Below are positions 8,166 through 18,961 of a stretch of 64,000 nt of DNA, piece after piece. This stretch comes from Candidatus Aenigmatarchaeota archaeon (GTDB lineage Archaea > Aenigmatarchaeota > Aenigmatarchaeia > Aenigmatarchaeales > Aenigmatarchaeaceae), in contig JAZDKZ010000001.1 in the NCBI GenBank assembly GCA_043802485.1, forward strand, positions 75,257 to 139,256, read 5' to 3'. Position 1 is the first letter of the stretch. The number at the start of each line of letters is the position of its first letter. A program made the position numbers and the translations under genes. The notes beneath the pieces are model-generated. The model searched no databases. It was given only the letters and a program-made list of their open reading frames with translations, and had not been told where the DNA came from.

Positions 8166-10049
8166 TTACTTCAGCCTGATTGTTTCCAGATTCTTCGGGC
8201 ACAGTGTCTCTGTTCTGAAGAACTTGTGTAGAGTCTTTGAAAGGTCCAAGCACTTGGAGCTTTCTCCATGATCAACGATTATCCTCTCAGGCTTCTGTTT
8301 CAGCCTTGACAAGTAATTCAATATCTGTTTGTGATCAGAGTGGCCGCTCAGGCCGCGCACGTTGAATATCTCTAGGTTGACTGGCACGGCAGTGTTCCTG
8401 CCGTTCTTGCTTTCCATAGGCACTTCCTTCCAGCCTTTCTGTATCCTCCTTCCAAGGCTTCCCTCTGCTTGGTAGCTGACAAAGACTAGGCCGTTCTTCT
8501 CGTTCTCTGCCAGGTTCTTTAGCCACCAGACGCTAGGCCCGCCCACTAACATTCCAGAGGTTGCGATGATGGCGCACGGCTCGCCTGCTTCCAGTATCTT
8601 CTTTCTCTCCTCTGCAGAACCGATCCTCTTGAATATCGGGTTGGTGAAAGGGTTCTCTCCTTTCTGAAGGATTAGAGTTTGCAGCTCCCTATTAAAGTAC
8701 TCCGGATAGGCTGTGTGAATAGCGGTCGCGTCCCACACCATGCCGTCAATGTAAATAGGATAATTGAAGCCTGATCTTGACAGCATTGCCATGACGTCCT
8801 GTGAACGCTCGACAGCAAAGCTGGGAACAAGAACAATGCCTCCCCTGTCGCATGTCTTCTTGCACGCTTCAACTAGTTGCGCCTCAGACTCTGCCCTTTT
8901 CGGACTAATGTCTTCCCTTGCCCCGTAAGTCGATTCTGTTATAACAGTTTCAGCCCTTGCAAAGTTGGTGCTTGCTGGCTCGAACAAGGCTGTTCGATCG
9001 AACTTGTAGTCAGAAGTGTAAAGCACGTTGTGGAAGCCGTTGCCCACATGAATATGAATCAGAGAGCTTCCCAGTATATGTCCAGAGTTCAACAAGGTAA
9101 GACGCATGTCAGGAGTGATGTCGGAAACTTCGCCATAGTTCAGGCATATCGAATGCTTCACAGCTTCCTTTATTCCCTTTGTTGTGTAAGGCGGCGTCTT
9201 GCCTTCCCTCTGTGTCAGCTCGATATAGTCCATGCACAGAAGAACCATCAGGTCCCTTGTGGGAGCTGTCAGGTATAGAGGGCCGTCAAAGCCCATCTCG
9301 TACAGCAAGGGGACCATGCCGCAGTGGTCCAGGTGCGCGTGAGAAAGAACTATGGCATTTATCTTTGAAAGGTCTGCCTCGGAAACTGTCAGATACGGAA
9401 ACTCGTTTGAACCAGGCTTTATGCCGCAGTCCATCATGACCCTGCTTTCTGGCGTCTGAAGTATCAGGCACGACCTGCCAACTTCCCTGAAGCCGCCCAA
9501 TGCTGTCAGTCTGACCCATTCTGTCTCCTTCCAACCGCTGTGTATGTGCTTGCCCACCTTGTCCAGGAAATCCTTCCTGAAATCAGACTCTTTGTACATC
9601 AAGTCCCTCAGGACTTTGACAATGTCCGACGGTATGACCGGAGCCCTCTTCACTATCGGGAGCCATGAAGTTTGCTTCCTTATCTCCCTCAGCGTCTCTC
9701 CGCCTTTGCCTATCACCAAGCCAGGTTTTTCTGCCTCTATGGTGATAGAACCGAAAGCAGGCTCAAAGTCCATGTCCACCAGTCCTGCTTCTTTGGGAAC
9801 CAGCTTTTCTATTATTATCTTTGAAGCCTCGGCGTCCAGGCATATGGAAGGGTCAGGTCTTAGAATCACCCTCTTCTTGAGAGTAGAGACAAGCCTCTTT
9901 ATTTCCGGCGGGTCTGACGTGAAAAAGTCCTTGTTCTTTGTGTAAAGGACTATCTCGCATCCTTCATACCTTATGTCAGATATGTCCGCGTTGCTTGGCA
10001 GACTCTTTTTTACTTTTTCGAATAGTTCACTTGTTTTTTCCTCAACCAT
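8166..10049 (-). CDS. fttA: Beta-CASP ribonuclease aCPSF1 / termination factor FttA
   Basis: N-terminal KH domains (KPGLVIGKGG), HAHLDH, GHILGS, LSGHSD, DHGE. Confidence 0.97.
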   Translation of the reverse strand: MVEEKTSELFEKVKKSLPSNADISDIRYEGCEIVLYTKNKDFFTSDPPEIKRLVSTLKKRVILRPDPSICLDAEASKIIIEKLVPKEAGLVDMDFEPAFGSITIEAEKPGLVIGKGGETLREIRKQTSWLPIVKRAPVIPSDIVKVLRDLMYKESDFRKDFLDKVGKHIHSGWKETEWVRLTALGGFREVGRSCLILQTPESRVMMDCGIKPGSNEFPYLTVSEADLSKINAIVLSHAHLDHCGMVPLLYEMGFDGPLYLTAPTRDLMVLLCMDYIELTQREGKTPPYTTKGIKEAVKHSICLNYGEVSDITPDMRLTLLNSGHILGSSLIHIHVGNGFHNVLYTSDYKFDRTALFEPASTNFARAETVITESTYGAREDISPKRAESEAQLVEACKKTCDRGGIVLVPSFAVERSQDVMAMLSRSGFNYPIYIDGMVWDATAIHTAYPEYFNRELQTLILQKGENPFTNPIFKRIGSAEERKKILEAGEPCAIIATSGMLVGGPSVWWLKNLAENEKNGLVFVSYQAEGSLGRRIQKGWKEVPMESKNGRNTAVPVNLEIFNVRGLSGHSDHKQILNYLSRLKQKPERIIVDHGESSKCLDLSKTLHKFFRTETLCPKNLETIRLK

Positions 10050-10097
10050 AGAGTCACTTTAGAATTCTGTCAATAATCAAATAATATGAAAATAAAA

Positions 10098-10706
10098 TTA
10101 CATGTACTTTTTGAGTTCCTGCTCGCTCAGTTCTCTGAAGCCGCTCTTGTCAATTACGGCGACCTGTAAGCTGTCTCCGCCGGATGCGATGTCCCTCTGT
10201 ATTGCGGCTTTTACTGCTCTTACTGCCAAGGCGATTGCCTCTTCAACAGTCATGTTCTCCTTGAACTCTGCTTCCAAAACACCGTAGACGAAAGGCGAAC
10301 CAGAACCTGTTGATTGATAGCTATCGTTGCAGTCATAAGCACCGACCGGATCAAAAGAATAGATACGCGGTTCTGTATCAAAACCAGCCATTATGAACTG
10401 GTTCATATAAGGATAATACTTGGAACCCTGCAGAATGTTTGACAAAAGGGCTGCAGCTGCCTTTAATGTTATCGGACCCCTTTCCAGTTTGTACAGTTTG
10501 AATTGGGCCTTTAGCAGCCTTACCATTGCCTGTGCGTCCCCTGCCATGCCTGCTATTGTGAAGCCGATGTGGTCGTCCAGTTGGAAGAGCTTTTGAGACC
10601 TTTTCGAAGCTACCATGTAGCCCATGCTGGCCTTTCTGTCCGTAGCCAAGACAACAGCGTCTTTAGCAATCATTCCCAGTGTTGTTGTTCCTTTTTTTGT
10701 TTCCAT
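10098..10706 (-). CDS. psmB: Proteasome beta subunit
   Basis: KG/TTTLG propeptide cleavage site, GSGS, RDIASG; SD GGTGA before ATG 10706. Confidence 0.97.
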   Translation of the reverse strand: METKKGTTTLGMIAKDAVVLATDRKASMGYMVASKRSQKLFQLDDHIGFTIAGMAGDAQAMVRLLKAQFKLYKLERGPITLKAAAALLSNILQGSKYYPYMNQFIMAGFDTEPRIYSFDPVGAYDCNDSYQSTGSGSPFVYGVLEAEFKENMTVEEAIALAVRAVKAAIQRDIASGGDSLQVAVIDKSGFRELSEQELKKYM

Positions 10707-10768
10707 TAGTTCACCAGAATTTGACAATTATGATATTATAGAATAAATGTATATAAAGATTATGGTGA

Positions 10769-12223
10769 TTAGTATGATTTCGCCATGTAGACGACTTGAT
10801 TTGCCTTTTTGCCGCATAGAGCGCAGTTTCCCTTGGCTTGCTCTTCTTTGCCGAAAACAGTTCCTCTTATCGTTCCCCCACTGGTCTCTGCCTTTGCCGC
10901 ATCTGCGCATTCTACGTTGCCGCACCAGCTGACTTTTACAAGCCCGCCCTTGTTTTCCAAAATATCCTTCAGTTCTTTCATGTCTTTGGCTTCTCTTATG
11001 TTCTCCTTGAATAGTTTGTCCGCTTTCTCTGTTAGATACTTCTGCACAGAATCCAATAATTTGTCTATCTCTTTCTTCATTTCCTTCTGCTTTACCATCA
11101 ATTTCTTGCCAGTATCTCTTCTTACCAGAACAACCTGCTCCTTCTCAATGTCCCTTGGGCCAATCTCTATCCTTATCGGAACTCCCTTCAATTCCCAGTA
11201 GTTGAACTTCCATCCTGGCGTGTACTCGTCCCTTTGGTCGAATGTTATTCGGAAAGATTTTTCAAGTTCTTTCAGAACATCCTGGCATTTCTTGTAAACG
11301 TTCTCCTTTTCCTTGTCCTCGTAATATATCGGAACTATGACAGCTTGCTGTGGCGCTATGGCAGGTGGTAAGACCAAACCCTTGTCGTCTCCATGTATGG
11401 CTGCCAGCGCTCCCAGTATTCTCCAAGCGGCAGGGCCGTAGCATGTCTGCCAGCCGTGCTTCTTCTTCTCGTCCTTGTCTAGGAATTCTATATTAAAAGG
11501 CTTGGAAAAGTTCTGGCCCAGCAGGTGGGTTGAAGGCAGTTGTATCGTCTTTCCGTCAGGCATAAGCGTGTCTGCCGCGAAAGTGTCAACCGCGCCTTTG
11601 AACTTGTCATGCTGGGGCCTTTTGAAGAATATGAATGGAATGGCGAATTTCTCATGCAAGGTCTTTTTCGTTGTTCTCATGTCCTCCACCACCTGTTTTT
11701 CTGCCTCCTCCTTGGTGGCGAAAACATCATGAGCCTCTATCCAGAAGAACTCCCTGCCTCTTAAGAAAGGTCTTGTATAGCTCTCGTATCTCCAGACCTG
11801 GCAGTTCTGATATGTTTTCAAAGGCAGGTCCCTCCAGCTTCTCACCCAGATGGAGAACATGGTGTACATGGCCGTTTCCGAGGTAGGCCTTAGAGCCAGC
11901 TTTTCTTCCAGTTTGTCATAGTTGCGGCCGCCCTCTGTTATCCAGAAAACCTCTGCTGAGAACTTTGCATGCTCCTTCTCCTTTTTCAAGAAAGACTCAG
12001 GAATGACAGCCGGGAACCAGACAGGCTCGTGCCCGTTCTTCTCCAGCTCCTCCTCTATGAAGCTGTTCATTAATTTCATTATCTTCACAGACCACGGCCT
12101 ATGAACAAGAAAGCCCTTTATGTTGTACCTCATGTCTGCCAGTTCTGACTTTTGGACTATCTCTGTGTACCACTCTGAAAAGTTATCCTTCTTCTTGAAT
12201 GTTATTCCCAGTTCCTCAGACAT
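10769..12223 (-). CDS. proS: Proline-tRNA ligase (archaeal/eukaryal type)
   Basis: LRPTSET, FLRGREFFW, HLLGQNFSK, ELKGVPIRIEIGPRD, C-terminal AKSY. Confidence 0.97.
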   Translation of the reverse strand: MSEELGITFKKKDNFSEWYTEIVQKSELADMRYNIKGFLVHRPWSVKIMKLMNSFIEEELEKNGHEPVWFPAVIPESFLKKEKEHAKFSAEVFWITEGGRNYDKLEEKLALRPTSETAMYTMFSIWVRSWRDLPLKTYQNCQVWRYESYTRPFLRGREFFWIEAHDVFATKEEAEKQVVEDMRTTKKTLHEKFAIPFIFFKRPQHDKFKGAVDTFAADTLMPDGKTIQLPSTHLLGQNFSKPFNIEFLDKDEKKKHGWQTCYGPAAWRILGALAAIHGDDKGLVLPPAIAPQQAVIVPIYYEDKEKENVYKKCQDVLKELEKSFRITFDQRDEYTPGWKFNYWELKGVPIRIEIGPRDIEKEQVVLVRRDTGKKLMVKQKEMKKEIDKLLDSVQKYLTEKADKLFKENIREAKDMKELKDILENKGGLVKVSWCGNVECADAAKAETSGGTIRGTVFGKEEQAKGNCALCGKKANQVVYMAKSY

Positions 12224-12271
12224 TTGACTCACTTTAAATTTCATTTGATACAATTTAAATCTTTTAAGAAA

Positions 12272-12877
12272 TCACATATTTTTTATTATTTCATAAAGCT
12301 CTGTAAAATTACTTGCTATCCTGTCGTTATTAATACTTCTCAATACGCTTGGTTTTTGACATCCCCAACTAACGCCCACAAATTTCATGCCTATTCTTTT
12401 AGCAGCTATGGCATCCGCATCAGTATCCCCTACGTAAACACAGTTTTCTATTTTTGACCCCAATTTTTTAACAGCTAGAAGTAAACTCTCTGGGTCTGGC
12501 TTTAGTAATTTGACATCGTCTGAAGAGATTATTACCTTAAACGTTTCCGACAGACCATTCTTTTTGATTTCACAATCTACAATATCGAATCCAGTGGATG
12601 TGACAATTGCCAGCTTGTAACCATCGGCTTTCAATTTTTTAAGGTAATCTTTTGTTCCTTTAAACAGTTCTGTGCCAAACTTTTCTATAAGACCTTTCCA
12701 TACACCGTCTTCAGGTTCTTCCTTGCCCTCTTTTTTCAAGAACGCCCTCCAATCAGAATCATAGTTCTTTATCACATATCCCAACGGTTTGCCAAGGATC
12801 ACCGTATACGCATTATAGACTGCTTTCATGCTATTTACGAGAGTTCCATCATAATCATGAATAACACATGTGATCAT
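12272..12877 (-). CDS. HAD-family phosphatase
   Basis: DYDGTL, KPDPE, VGDTDAD. Confidence 0.9.
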   Translation of the reverse strand: MITCVIHDYDGTLVNSMKAVYNAYTVILGKPLGYVIKNYDSDWRAFLKKEGKEEPEDGVWKGLIEKFGTELFKGTKDYLKKLKADGYKLAIVTSTGFDIVDCEIKKNGLSETFKVIISSDDVKLLKPDPESLLLAVKKLGSKIENCVYVGDTDADAIAAKRIGMKFVGVSWGCQKPSVLRSINNDRIASNFTELYEIIKNM

Positions 12878-12950
12878 AAGTAAAGTTCGATGGTTCAGAA
12901 ATTTAAACCTTTATTAATTTTTAGTTACATTAACTATTATTCGTGGTTCT

Positions 12951-14153
12951 ATGCAGATAGGTATATTTTCTGACTGCCACTGTGGCTACAAGTACGGTGA
13001 GGAGAGAGGTGAGGACAGCTTTATCGCTTTAGAAGAGGCCATCGACAAGACTCTTGATTGTGACCTTATTCTAATAGCCGGTGACCTGTTCGACACGAGG
13101 ATACCAAAGCCGGAGGTTTTTGCCAAGACTGCGAGGATACTGAGCAAGGCCCAGCACTTTCCGTCAAGAACGAAATTGGTGGAGATAATAAACAAGGAGA
13201 AACATGAGCTTTCTCCGCTGGCTTTCAGGGGCATACCCGTCGTGATGATACATGGCACGCATGAGAAGAGGAGCAAGTACACCATAAATCCCATACAGAC
13301 ACTGGAGAATTCGGGTCTGATAGTCCATCTGGACTGTGCCACAGCTGTCTTTGACATTGATGGCGAGCGCGTGGCAATACACGGCATGAGCGGCGTCTCA
13401 GACAGGTATGCCATGGACAGATTGAAAGAATGGGACCCAAAGCCTGTGGAAGGCGCAAAGAACATATTCATGATACATCAGTCCATTGACCCGTACATCT
13501 ACTCGCCGCTAGAACCACCGACCATAAAGATAGAAGACCTGCCCAAAGGCTTTGACATCTACGTTTTAGGGCACATGCACTGGAACGAGATAAGGGACCT
13601 TCATCAGGGCAGGCTTATACTTTGCGGCAGCACGACGCCGACTTCATTGCACAAGATAGAGGCTGACCAGCCCAAGTGCATCTTCAAGTACGACGGCAAC
13701 ATCATAAACAAAATAGAGCTGGAGAAGCAGAGGAAGATATTCTGGAAGGAATTCGACTTTGAGCCCAACATAAAGGAGAACATAGAGAACTATGTCCAGA
13801 CCATCTCGATGACAGACAAGAAGCCAATAGTGAACATAAAGGTGAAAGGTCTGGTGAGGAAGGAGAACATGCTACCCAAATTCTCCGAGATAGAGGAAAA
13901 GTTCGGCGGCAAGTCAATCCTTAACATAAACAAGAACCTGGATGTGGAGGGACTGCAGGAGCAGATCGAGATGCTGAAGACTTTCAAAAGCAACAGGCTT
14001 TCACCCGAGGAGCATGGCTTGAACATACTCCAGAAGAACCTGGAGCAGATGAACTGCAAAATCAAAATTGATGATATTTTCGAATATCTGGTCGAAGGTA
14101 ATATTGATATGATATTCAATCTTTTAACAGGCAACCAAAAGAGATTAGAATGA
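12951..14153 (+). CDS. mre11: DNA double-strand break repair nuclease Mre11
   Basis: SDCHCG, AGDLFD, IHGTHE, LGHMH; adjacent to rad50. Confidence 0.92.
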   Translation: MQIGIFSDCHCGYKYGEERGEDSFIALEEAIDKTLDCDLILIAGDLFDTRIPKPEVFAKTARILSKAQHFPSRTKLVEIINKEKHELSPLAFRGIPVVMIHGTHEKRSKYTINPIQTLENSGLIVHLDCATAVFDIDGERVAIHGMSGVSDRYAMDRLKEWDPKPVEGAKNIFMIHQSIDPYIYSPLEPPTIKIEDLPKGFDIYVLGHMHWNEIRDLHQGRLILCGSTTPTSLHKIEADQPKCIFKYDGNIINKIELEKQRKIFWKEFDFEPNIKENIENYVQTISMTDKKPIVNIKVKGLVRKENMLPKFSEIEEKFGGKSILNINKNLDVEGLQEQIEMLKTFKSNRLSPEEHGLNILQKNLEQMNCKIKIDDIFEYLVEGNIDMIFNLLTGNQKRLE

Positions 14154-16534
14154 TAACCAAAGTAAAGCTGAAAAACTGGAGAACGCATTTGGACAGCGAG
14201 ATCAAATTCGCGGAAGGCACCAACTGCTTTGTCGGGCCGATGGGCTCTGGCAAGACCTCTGTTATGGATGCCATATGCTTCGGTCTTTTCGGCACGTTCC
14301 TTAATCTGCAGCAGAGGAAGGTGAAGCTCGAGGACGTTGTCATGAAAAAGCCTGTGAAGAAGGACAATGCAAAGGTCACCATCAACTTTGACATCAACGG
14401 CTCAGAGTATAGTGTAAAGAGAAACATAACGAACGGCAGGTCTACCGCAGAGCTAAGGAAGAACGGTGAGCTCATAGAAGGTCCTCAGGCCACCAAGGTG
14501 ACAAAAGAAGTGGAGAGAATCCTGAAGATGGATTATGACCTGTTCACCAGGGCCATATATTCTGAGCAGAACCAACTGGATATGTTTCTTACTATACCCA
14601 AAGGGCAGAGGATGAAAAAGATAGACGAGCTGCTTGCGATAGACAAGTTCGAAAAGGCAAGGCTGAACACAAAATCGCTGATAAATAGATTTTCGGACCT
14701 AACGAAGGAAAAGAAAAGGCTGATAGAGTCCTTGAAGAATGATGAAGGCTTGATGAAAGTCGATACAATAAAGAGAGAGTTCTCCGAGCTCAATGAGAGA
14801 GGAGCCAGGATGAGGCAACGGCTCAAAGAGGTCATAAGAAATAAAGAGATTATAGAGAAGGAATTGGCTAATTTAAAGGGGCAGCAGAAGGCTGTACAAC
14901 AAATAGATGAGGATGTCAAAAAGTACAAGGCGCTTCTTGAGGTAACAAATAGTGACATTGACAAACTGAAAGAGGATCTGATGGAGTTTGCGGAGGCGAC
15001 CCCTGAGCAGATGCGTAAAGATTATGATTCTGTAACTGAAGAAATAAAGAAATACTTTTTCCAGATAGACGCGGAGAAGAAGAACTTTGACGAATTGAAG
15101 GGCGAGTATGCAGAGGACAATGCCAAGATAATTCTAATAGAGAAGGAGCAGCTGCCCAAGCTGGAGAAGGATGTCGAGGAGTTGGCAAGAATAACAAAGG
15201 ACATCAAAGCCAGTCCATTGAAGAAGCTGCAGTCCCAGCTTGAAAAGGACAAAAGTAATCTGGAGAAAAAGCAGCTGAAGCTGCAAAAGGCCAGCATTAA
15301 GATTTCTGAGTTAGAAGAGTCTATCAAAGAGCTGGACAATGTTGGTAATGTGTGTCCCATTTGCGACGGCAAGATGACAGAGAAGAAAAAGGCTAATCTC
15401 TTGACAAAGAGGAAGGAAAGCATCAAGGACATGAAGAAGGAGATAAAGACGCTCCAGCCGGAGATAATCAAGATGCGCAAGTCGATAAACAATTTGGAAG
15501 AAAGGATAAGCAACGCGAGAGTGATGGAGCAGAGACTTGAAGAGATAAAGGATTCTGAGAAGAAGCTAAAGACTCTATGTGACGAGCTTGGAAAGTCCAA
15601 AGCAAAGACCGCTGTTTTTGAGAAGCAGAGAAGGATGTTTGAAAAAAATCTGGAGATGCTTGAAGCAAAGCACAGGGAAATGCAGGAAAAGCAGAACGAT
15701 ATCAGGCAGATACTTTCCAAGGAGGAGGAGGCTAGTGAGAAGCTTGCAAGGTCAAAGGATTACGAGCAAAAGATATTTTTGTTGAGGAACGAGAGGGAGA
15801 GATTCGTCTCGTTCTCGCCCTCCATACTGGAAAAGTACGAGTCAGATTACAGCTCTGCTATCGGCCTCAAGGCTGAGGTCGAGACCAACATAAAGAACTT
15901 TTCCGAGATAGCTGACGAGAAGAGAAAGCTGTTGCAGGAGATAGAGAGCAAGATGAAGATGCTGAAAAAGAGCAGGCAGGAGATTGAAATTGTCGAGGGA
16001 ACGTCAAGGCAGCTGGAGATGCTTGCCAGTGCTCTGTTGGTCACGCAGGAGCAGTTGAGAAAGGACTTTGTAGAGTCTGTCAACAAGGCGATGAGCACCA
16101 TATGGTCCGAACTCTATCCTTACAAGGACATCTACGACATAAGGCTTGGCATAGAGGACCGCGACTATGTTCTTCAGATGCAGGACTCCACTGGTTGGAT
16201 TGCTGCTGACGGTATCGCATCGGGTGGTGAGAGGTCGATGGCCTGCCTGGCCCTGAGAATCGCCTTTTCGCTAGTGCTTGCTCCGCAGTTGAAATGGCTG
16301 GTTCTTGACGAGCCGACCCATAATCTGGATTCAAGGGCTGTTGATGAATTATCTAACGTACTAAGGGAAAGGATAGCCACGTTCGTTGATCAGATATTCC
16401 TAATAACACACGACCCTTCATTGGAGAACGCCGTGTCCGGCTATCTTTACAGACTGGACAGAGATAAGGAGAAAGACGGGCACACCAAAGTCAGTCTTGT
16501 TTCAGGGCCTGATGACTATGAAAAAAATATTTGA
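14150..16534 (+). CDS. rad50: DNA double-strand break repair ATPase Rad50
   Basis: Walker A GPMGSGKT, coiled coil with zinc hook CPIC, signature ASGGE, Walker B LDEPT, ITHD. Confidence 0.95.
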   Translation: MITKVKLKNWRTHLDSEIKFAEGTNCFVGPMGSGKTSVMDAICFGLFGTFLNLQQRKVKLEDVVMKKPVKKDNAKVTINFDINGSEYSVKRNITNGRSTAELRKNGELIEGPQATKVTKEVERILKMDYDLFTRAIYSEQNQLDMFLTIPKGQRMKKIDELLAIDKFEKARLNTKSLINRFSDLTKEKKRLIESLKNDEGLMKVDTIKREFSELNERGARMRQRLKEVIRNKEIIEKELANLKGQQKAVQQIDEDVKKYKALLEVTNSDIDKLKEDLMEFAEATPEQMRKDYDSVTEEIKKYFFQIDAEKKNFDELKGEYAEDNAKIILIEKEQLPKLEKDVEELARITKDIKASPLKKLQSQLEKDKSNLEKKQLKLQKASIKISELEESIKELDNVGNVCPICDGKMTEKKKANLLTKRKESIKDMKKEIKTLQPEIIKMRKSINNLEERISNARVMEQRLEEIKDSEKKLKTLCDELGKSKAKTAVFEKQRRMFEKNLEMLEAKHREMQEKQNDIRQILSKEEEASEKLARSKDYEQKIFLLRNERERFVSFSPSILEKYESDYSSAIGLKAEVETNIKNFSEIADEKRKLLQEIESKMKMLKKSRQEIEIVEGTSRQLEMLASALLVTQEQLRKDFVESVNKAMSTIWSELYPYKDIYDIRLGIEDRDYVLQMQDSTGWIAADGIASGGERSMACLALRIAFSLVLAPQLKWLVLDEPTHNLDSRAVDELSNVLRERIATFVDQIFLITHDPSLENAVSGYLYRLDRDKEKDGHTKVSLVSGPDDYEKNI

Positions 16535-16991
16535 CGTAGTAAAATTGATAGAATCTGTTCTGAGGAAAGAAAATATAGAATGGGTAATAGGCGGAAGCAC
16601 TAGCCTGCTGCTGCAGGGCATCGAAATAAGTGTTAGTGATATAGACATACTCACCGATAGGGAAGGCGCTTTCAGGATATACGAGATACTTGGAGAGTAC
16701 GGCACAAAACCTGTCGCCTTCTCAGAGAAGGAAAGAACTAAATCCTATTGGGGCAAGCTTTCGATAGACGATGTTGAGATAGACCTGATGGGAGACTTTT
16801 GCAAAAAGGTCGATGGTGAATGGGTCAACTTTTCCATGAAAAGGATAAAAGACAAAGAGACTGTTAATCTAGATGGTGTCAATCTTCCTGTCACAAAACT
16901 AGAGAGTCATCTGGAACTATACAAAATAATGAAAAGGGAAAAGGATATAGAGAAGATTAAACAAATAGAAAAGATACTTTCAAACAAATAG
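16518..16991 (+). CDS. Nucleotidyltransferase-fold protein
   Basis: GGS...QG...DIDIL Pol-beta-type motif. Confidence 0.75.
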   Translation: MKKIFDVVKLIESVLRKENIEWVIGGSTSLLLQGIEISVSDIDILTDREGAFRIYEILGEYGTKPVAFSEKERTKSYWGKLSIDDVEIDLMGDFCKKVDGEWVNFSMKRIKDKETVNLDGVNLPVTKLESHLELYKIMKREKDIEKIKQIEKILSNK

Positions 16992-17045
16992 TAAACAATA
17001 AATTCTTGTATTTGGTTTAAAAACTTCTGTAAAGCAAATAATTTT

Positions 17046-17786
17046 ATGAAGATGAAATTTCTCACTGAGCCTGCCTTGCTTTTGGATAGGACTCTTGTTA
17101 TAACGGATTTGCATATAGGGCTTGAGCACGAGATATACAAGTCGGGAATAACCGTGCCTTCCCAATTGGAGAAATTGAAGGAAAGACTGGATAAAATCAT
17201 AACGCGGACAAAGGCAAAGCATCTAGTCATCCTAGGTGATGTAAAGCACCAGGTTCCCTCAATCTCTGTGCAGGAGCACAGAGAGATACCAAAGTTTTTT
17301 GAGCACTTTTCCAAAATAAAGATTTCCATTGTAAAGGGCAACCACGACGGTGGTATAGAGAGGATTGTTCCGAGCAAGGTCAATGTCTATGAGCCAGCGG
17401 GTTTCAAAATGGGTGACTTTCTGCTGACGCATGGTCAGGCATGGCCTGACAAAAACGATTTGGATGCAGAACATCTTGTGATGGGGCACGTCCACCCGGC
17501 AGTTGAGTTCTGGACAGGCAACTTCAGATCCATCGAGCCGTGCTGGCTGAAATGTGACATTGACACGAAGAAGCTTCAGAAAAAATACAAGACTGAAACA
17601 AATCTTGAACAAGGAATAGTTATGCCGTCTTTCAACCATCTCATAGGCGGCATGGCCTTTAATTCAAAGGATTTTAAGCCGATAGGTCCACTTCTGAATA
17701 ACAATATTCTAAAATGGAAGAAATCAGAAATCTATCTACTAGATGGAACATTTTTAGGCAATCTGAAAAATTTGAAGAAAAGTTAG
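17046..17786 (+). CDS. Calcineurin-like metallophosphoesterase
   Basis: TDLHIG, LGDVKH, KGNHD, THG, GHVHP, MPSFN. Confidence 0.9.
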   Translation: MKMKFLTEPALLLDRTLVITDLHIGLEHEIYKSGITVPSQLEKLKERLDKIITRTKAKHLVILGDVKHQVPSISVQEHREIPKFFEHFSKIKISIVKGNHDGGIERIVPSKVNVYEPAGFKMGDFLLTHGQAWPDKNDLDAEHLVMGHVHPAVEFWTGNFRSIEPCWLKCDIDTKKLQKKYKTETNLEQGIVMPSFNHLIGGMAFNSKDFKPIGPLLNNNILKWKKSEIYLLDGTFLGNLKNLKKS

Positions 17787-18133
17787 ACGTATTGTGTAGG
17801 CATTACTAAACTTTGGAATTCATGGAATTCTTTCGGTACATTCCTTTGTGTCAGATCCGCTTCTACGACTTTATAGTCGCTCTTTATTACTTCTAGTGAT
17901 TTTTTCTTAAACTCTTTCTCAGCAGCATCAGAAGCTTCTTTTAAATTCTCTATGTTTTGTAAAAGAAAATCGAGTATTTTAGCATCTTTTTTATTGAGCT
18001 TTTCCCCGAGCCTGTATCCGGCTTCTAAATCAAATTTAGTTAAATCTATTTCAGGATGTCTTTCATCTGTAATCTCTCTTAAACCAGGATCAATCCTGAG
18101 CCTCATAACATATATGTCTGCCATTTTAATCAC
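17783..18133 (-). CDS. Hypothetical protein
   Basis: 116-aa AT-rich ORF. Confidence 0.5.
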   Translation of the reverse strand: MIKMADIYVMRLRIDPGLREITDERHPEIDLTKFDLEAGYRLGEKLNKKDAKILDFLLQNIENLKEASDAAEKEFKKKSLEVIKSDYKVVEADLTQRNVPKEFHEFQSLVMPTQYV

Positions 18134-18188
18134 TATAATAAAATAACAGAAATTAAATATTTAAACTTAACCCAAGAGAACGAGTAAA

Positions 18189-18482
18189 CTACTCTACTGA
18201 CTTTGCTGAGCCGCCCTTGCCGATTCCGAGTTGAATGACGTCCCTGAATTCCTTGGTAAAGGCGTTGGTTACCTCGACTTCTGTGCCGTTCTTTATTTCC
18301 TTAGACTGGTCTCCCCAAAGAACTAACTTTATGGAACCCGAGTCGTCTTCCAGGTTTGCCTCGGTTAGAGTCGTGACAGACCCGAACTTTGTCATGATTT
18401 CTCTAGGCTCTGTTAAATCGGTAACTTTTGCTTTCAGATTTATGCCGTTCATACCGGTTTTCAATTCACTTATTTTTACCAT
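18189..18482 (-). CDS. ssb: Single OB-fold ssDNA-binding protein
   Basis: KISELK.G, DDSGSIKLVLWG. Confidence 0.88.
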   Translation of the reverse strand: MVKISELKTGMNGINLKAKVTDLTEPREIMTKFGSVTTLTEANLEDDSGSIKLVLWGDQSKEIKNGTEVEVTNAFTKEFRDVIQLGIGKGGSAKSVE

Positions 18483-18512
18483 GCTATCAATTGTCAACTA
18501 TTATTTATAAAT

Positions 18513-18926
18513 CTATATAATGCCCCCGACCCAGTAAATCATGATCAGCAGAATTAGGATTATCAGGTACTCACCGAAACCACCGGTCTTCACAGGTCCG
18601 TTGAATTTGGGCCTCTCCAAAGGCCAGAGAGGCATTATTCCCCTGTGCGTCAACGAATCGGCAATCAGATGGCTTATAAAGCCGATGGAGAAAACGATTG
18701 CAGTCATCCTGTCGAACAAGAAAAACCTGAAACCTATGAAAAGCAATATCATCAGGAACCATATGTTGTGAAAAACCTTTCTGTGGAACTTTTTGAACTT
18801 TGTGTCTATATCGGGTATGAGCACTCCCACGAATGCAAATAGCGACATGTAAACGGGAAAGTTGAGAATGAAACCAAATATCAGCAAGATGAAGAAAGCG
18901 AATATGAGATGCGTCACTTTTTGCAT
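18513..18926 (-). CDS. Membrane metal-dependent hydrolase (YdjM/DUF457-like)
   Basis: TH, IPDID, HR..H, SHLIADSLT..G..LWP. Confidence 0.85.
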   Translation of the reverse strand: MQKVTHLIFAFFILLIFGFILNFPVYMSLFAFVGVLIPDIDTKFKKFHRKVFHNIWFLMILLFIGFRFFLFDRMTAIVFSIGFISHLIADSLTHRGIMPLWPLERPKFNGPVKTGGFGEYLIILILLIMIYWVGGII

Positions 18927-18961
18927 AAGAATATATGTTGAAACCCATAAATCAATTTAAC

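Noticed and set aside
15022..15720. Long antisense ORFs (also 24025-24780, 25931-26560, 35524-36183, 60216-60833)
   Set aside because: Shadows of well-supported genes on the other strand, with Ser/Phe/Leu-biased translations.
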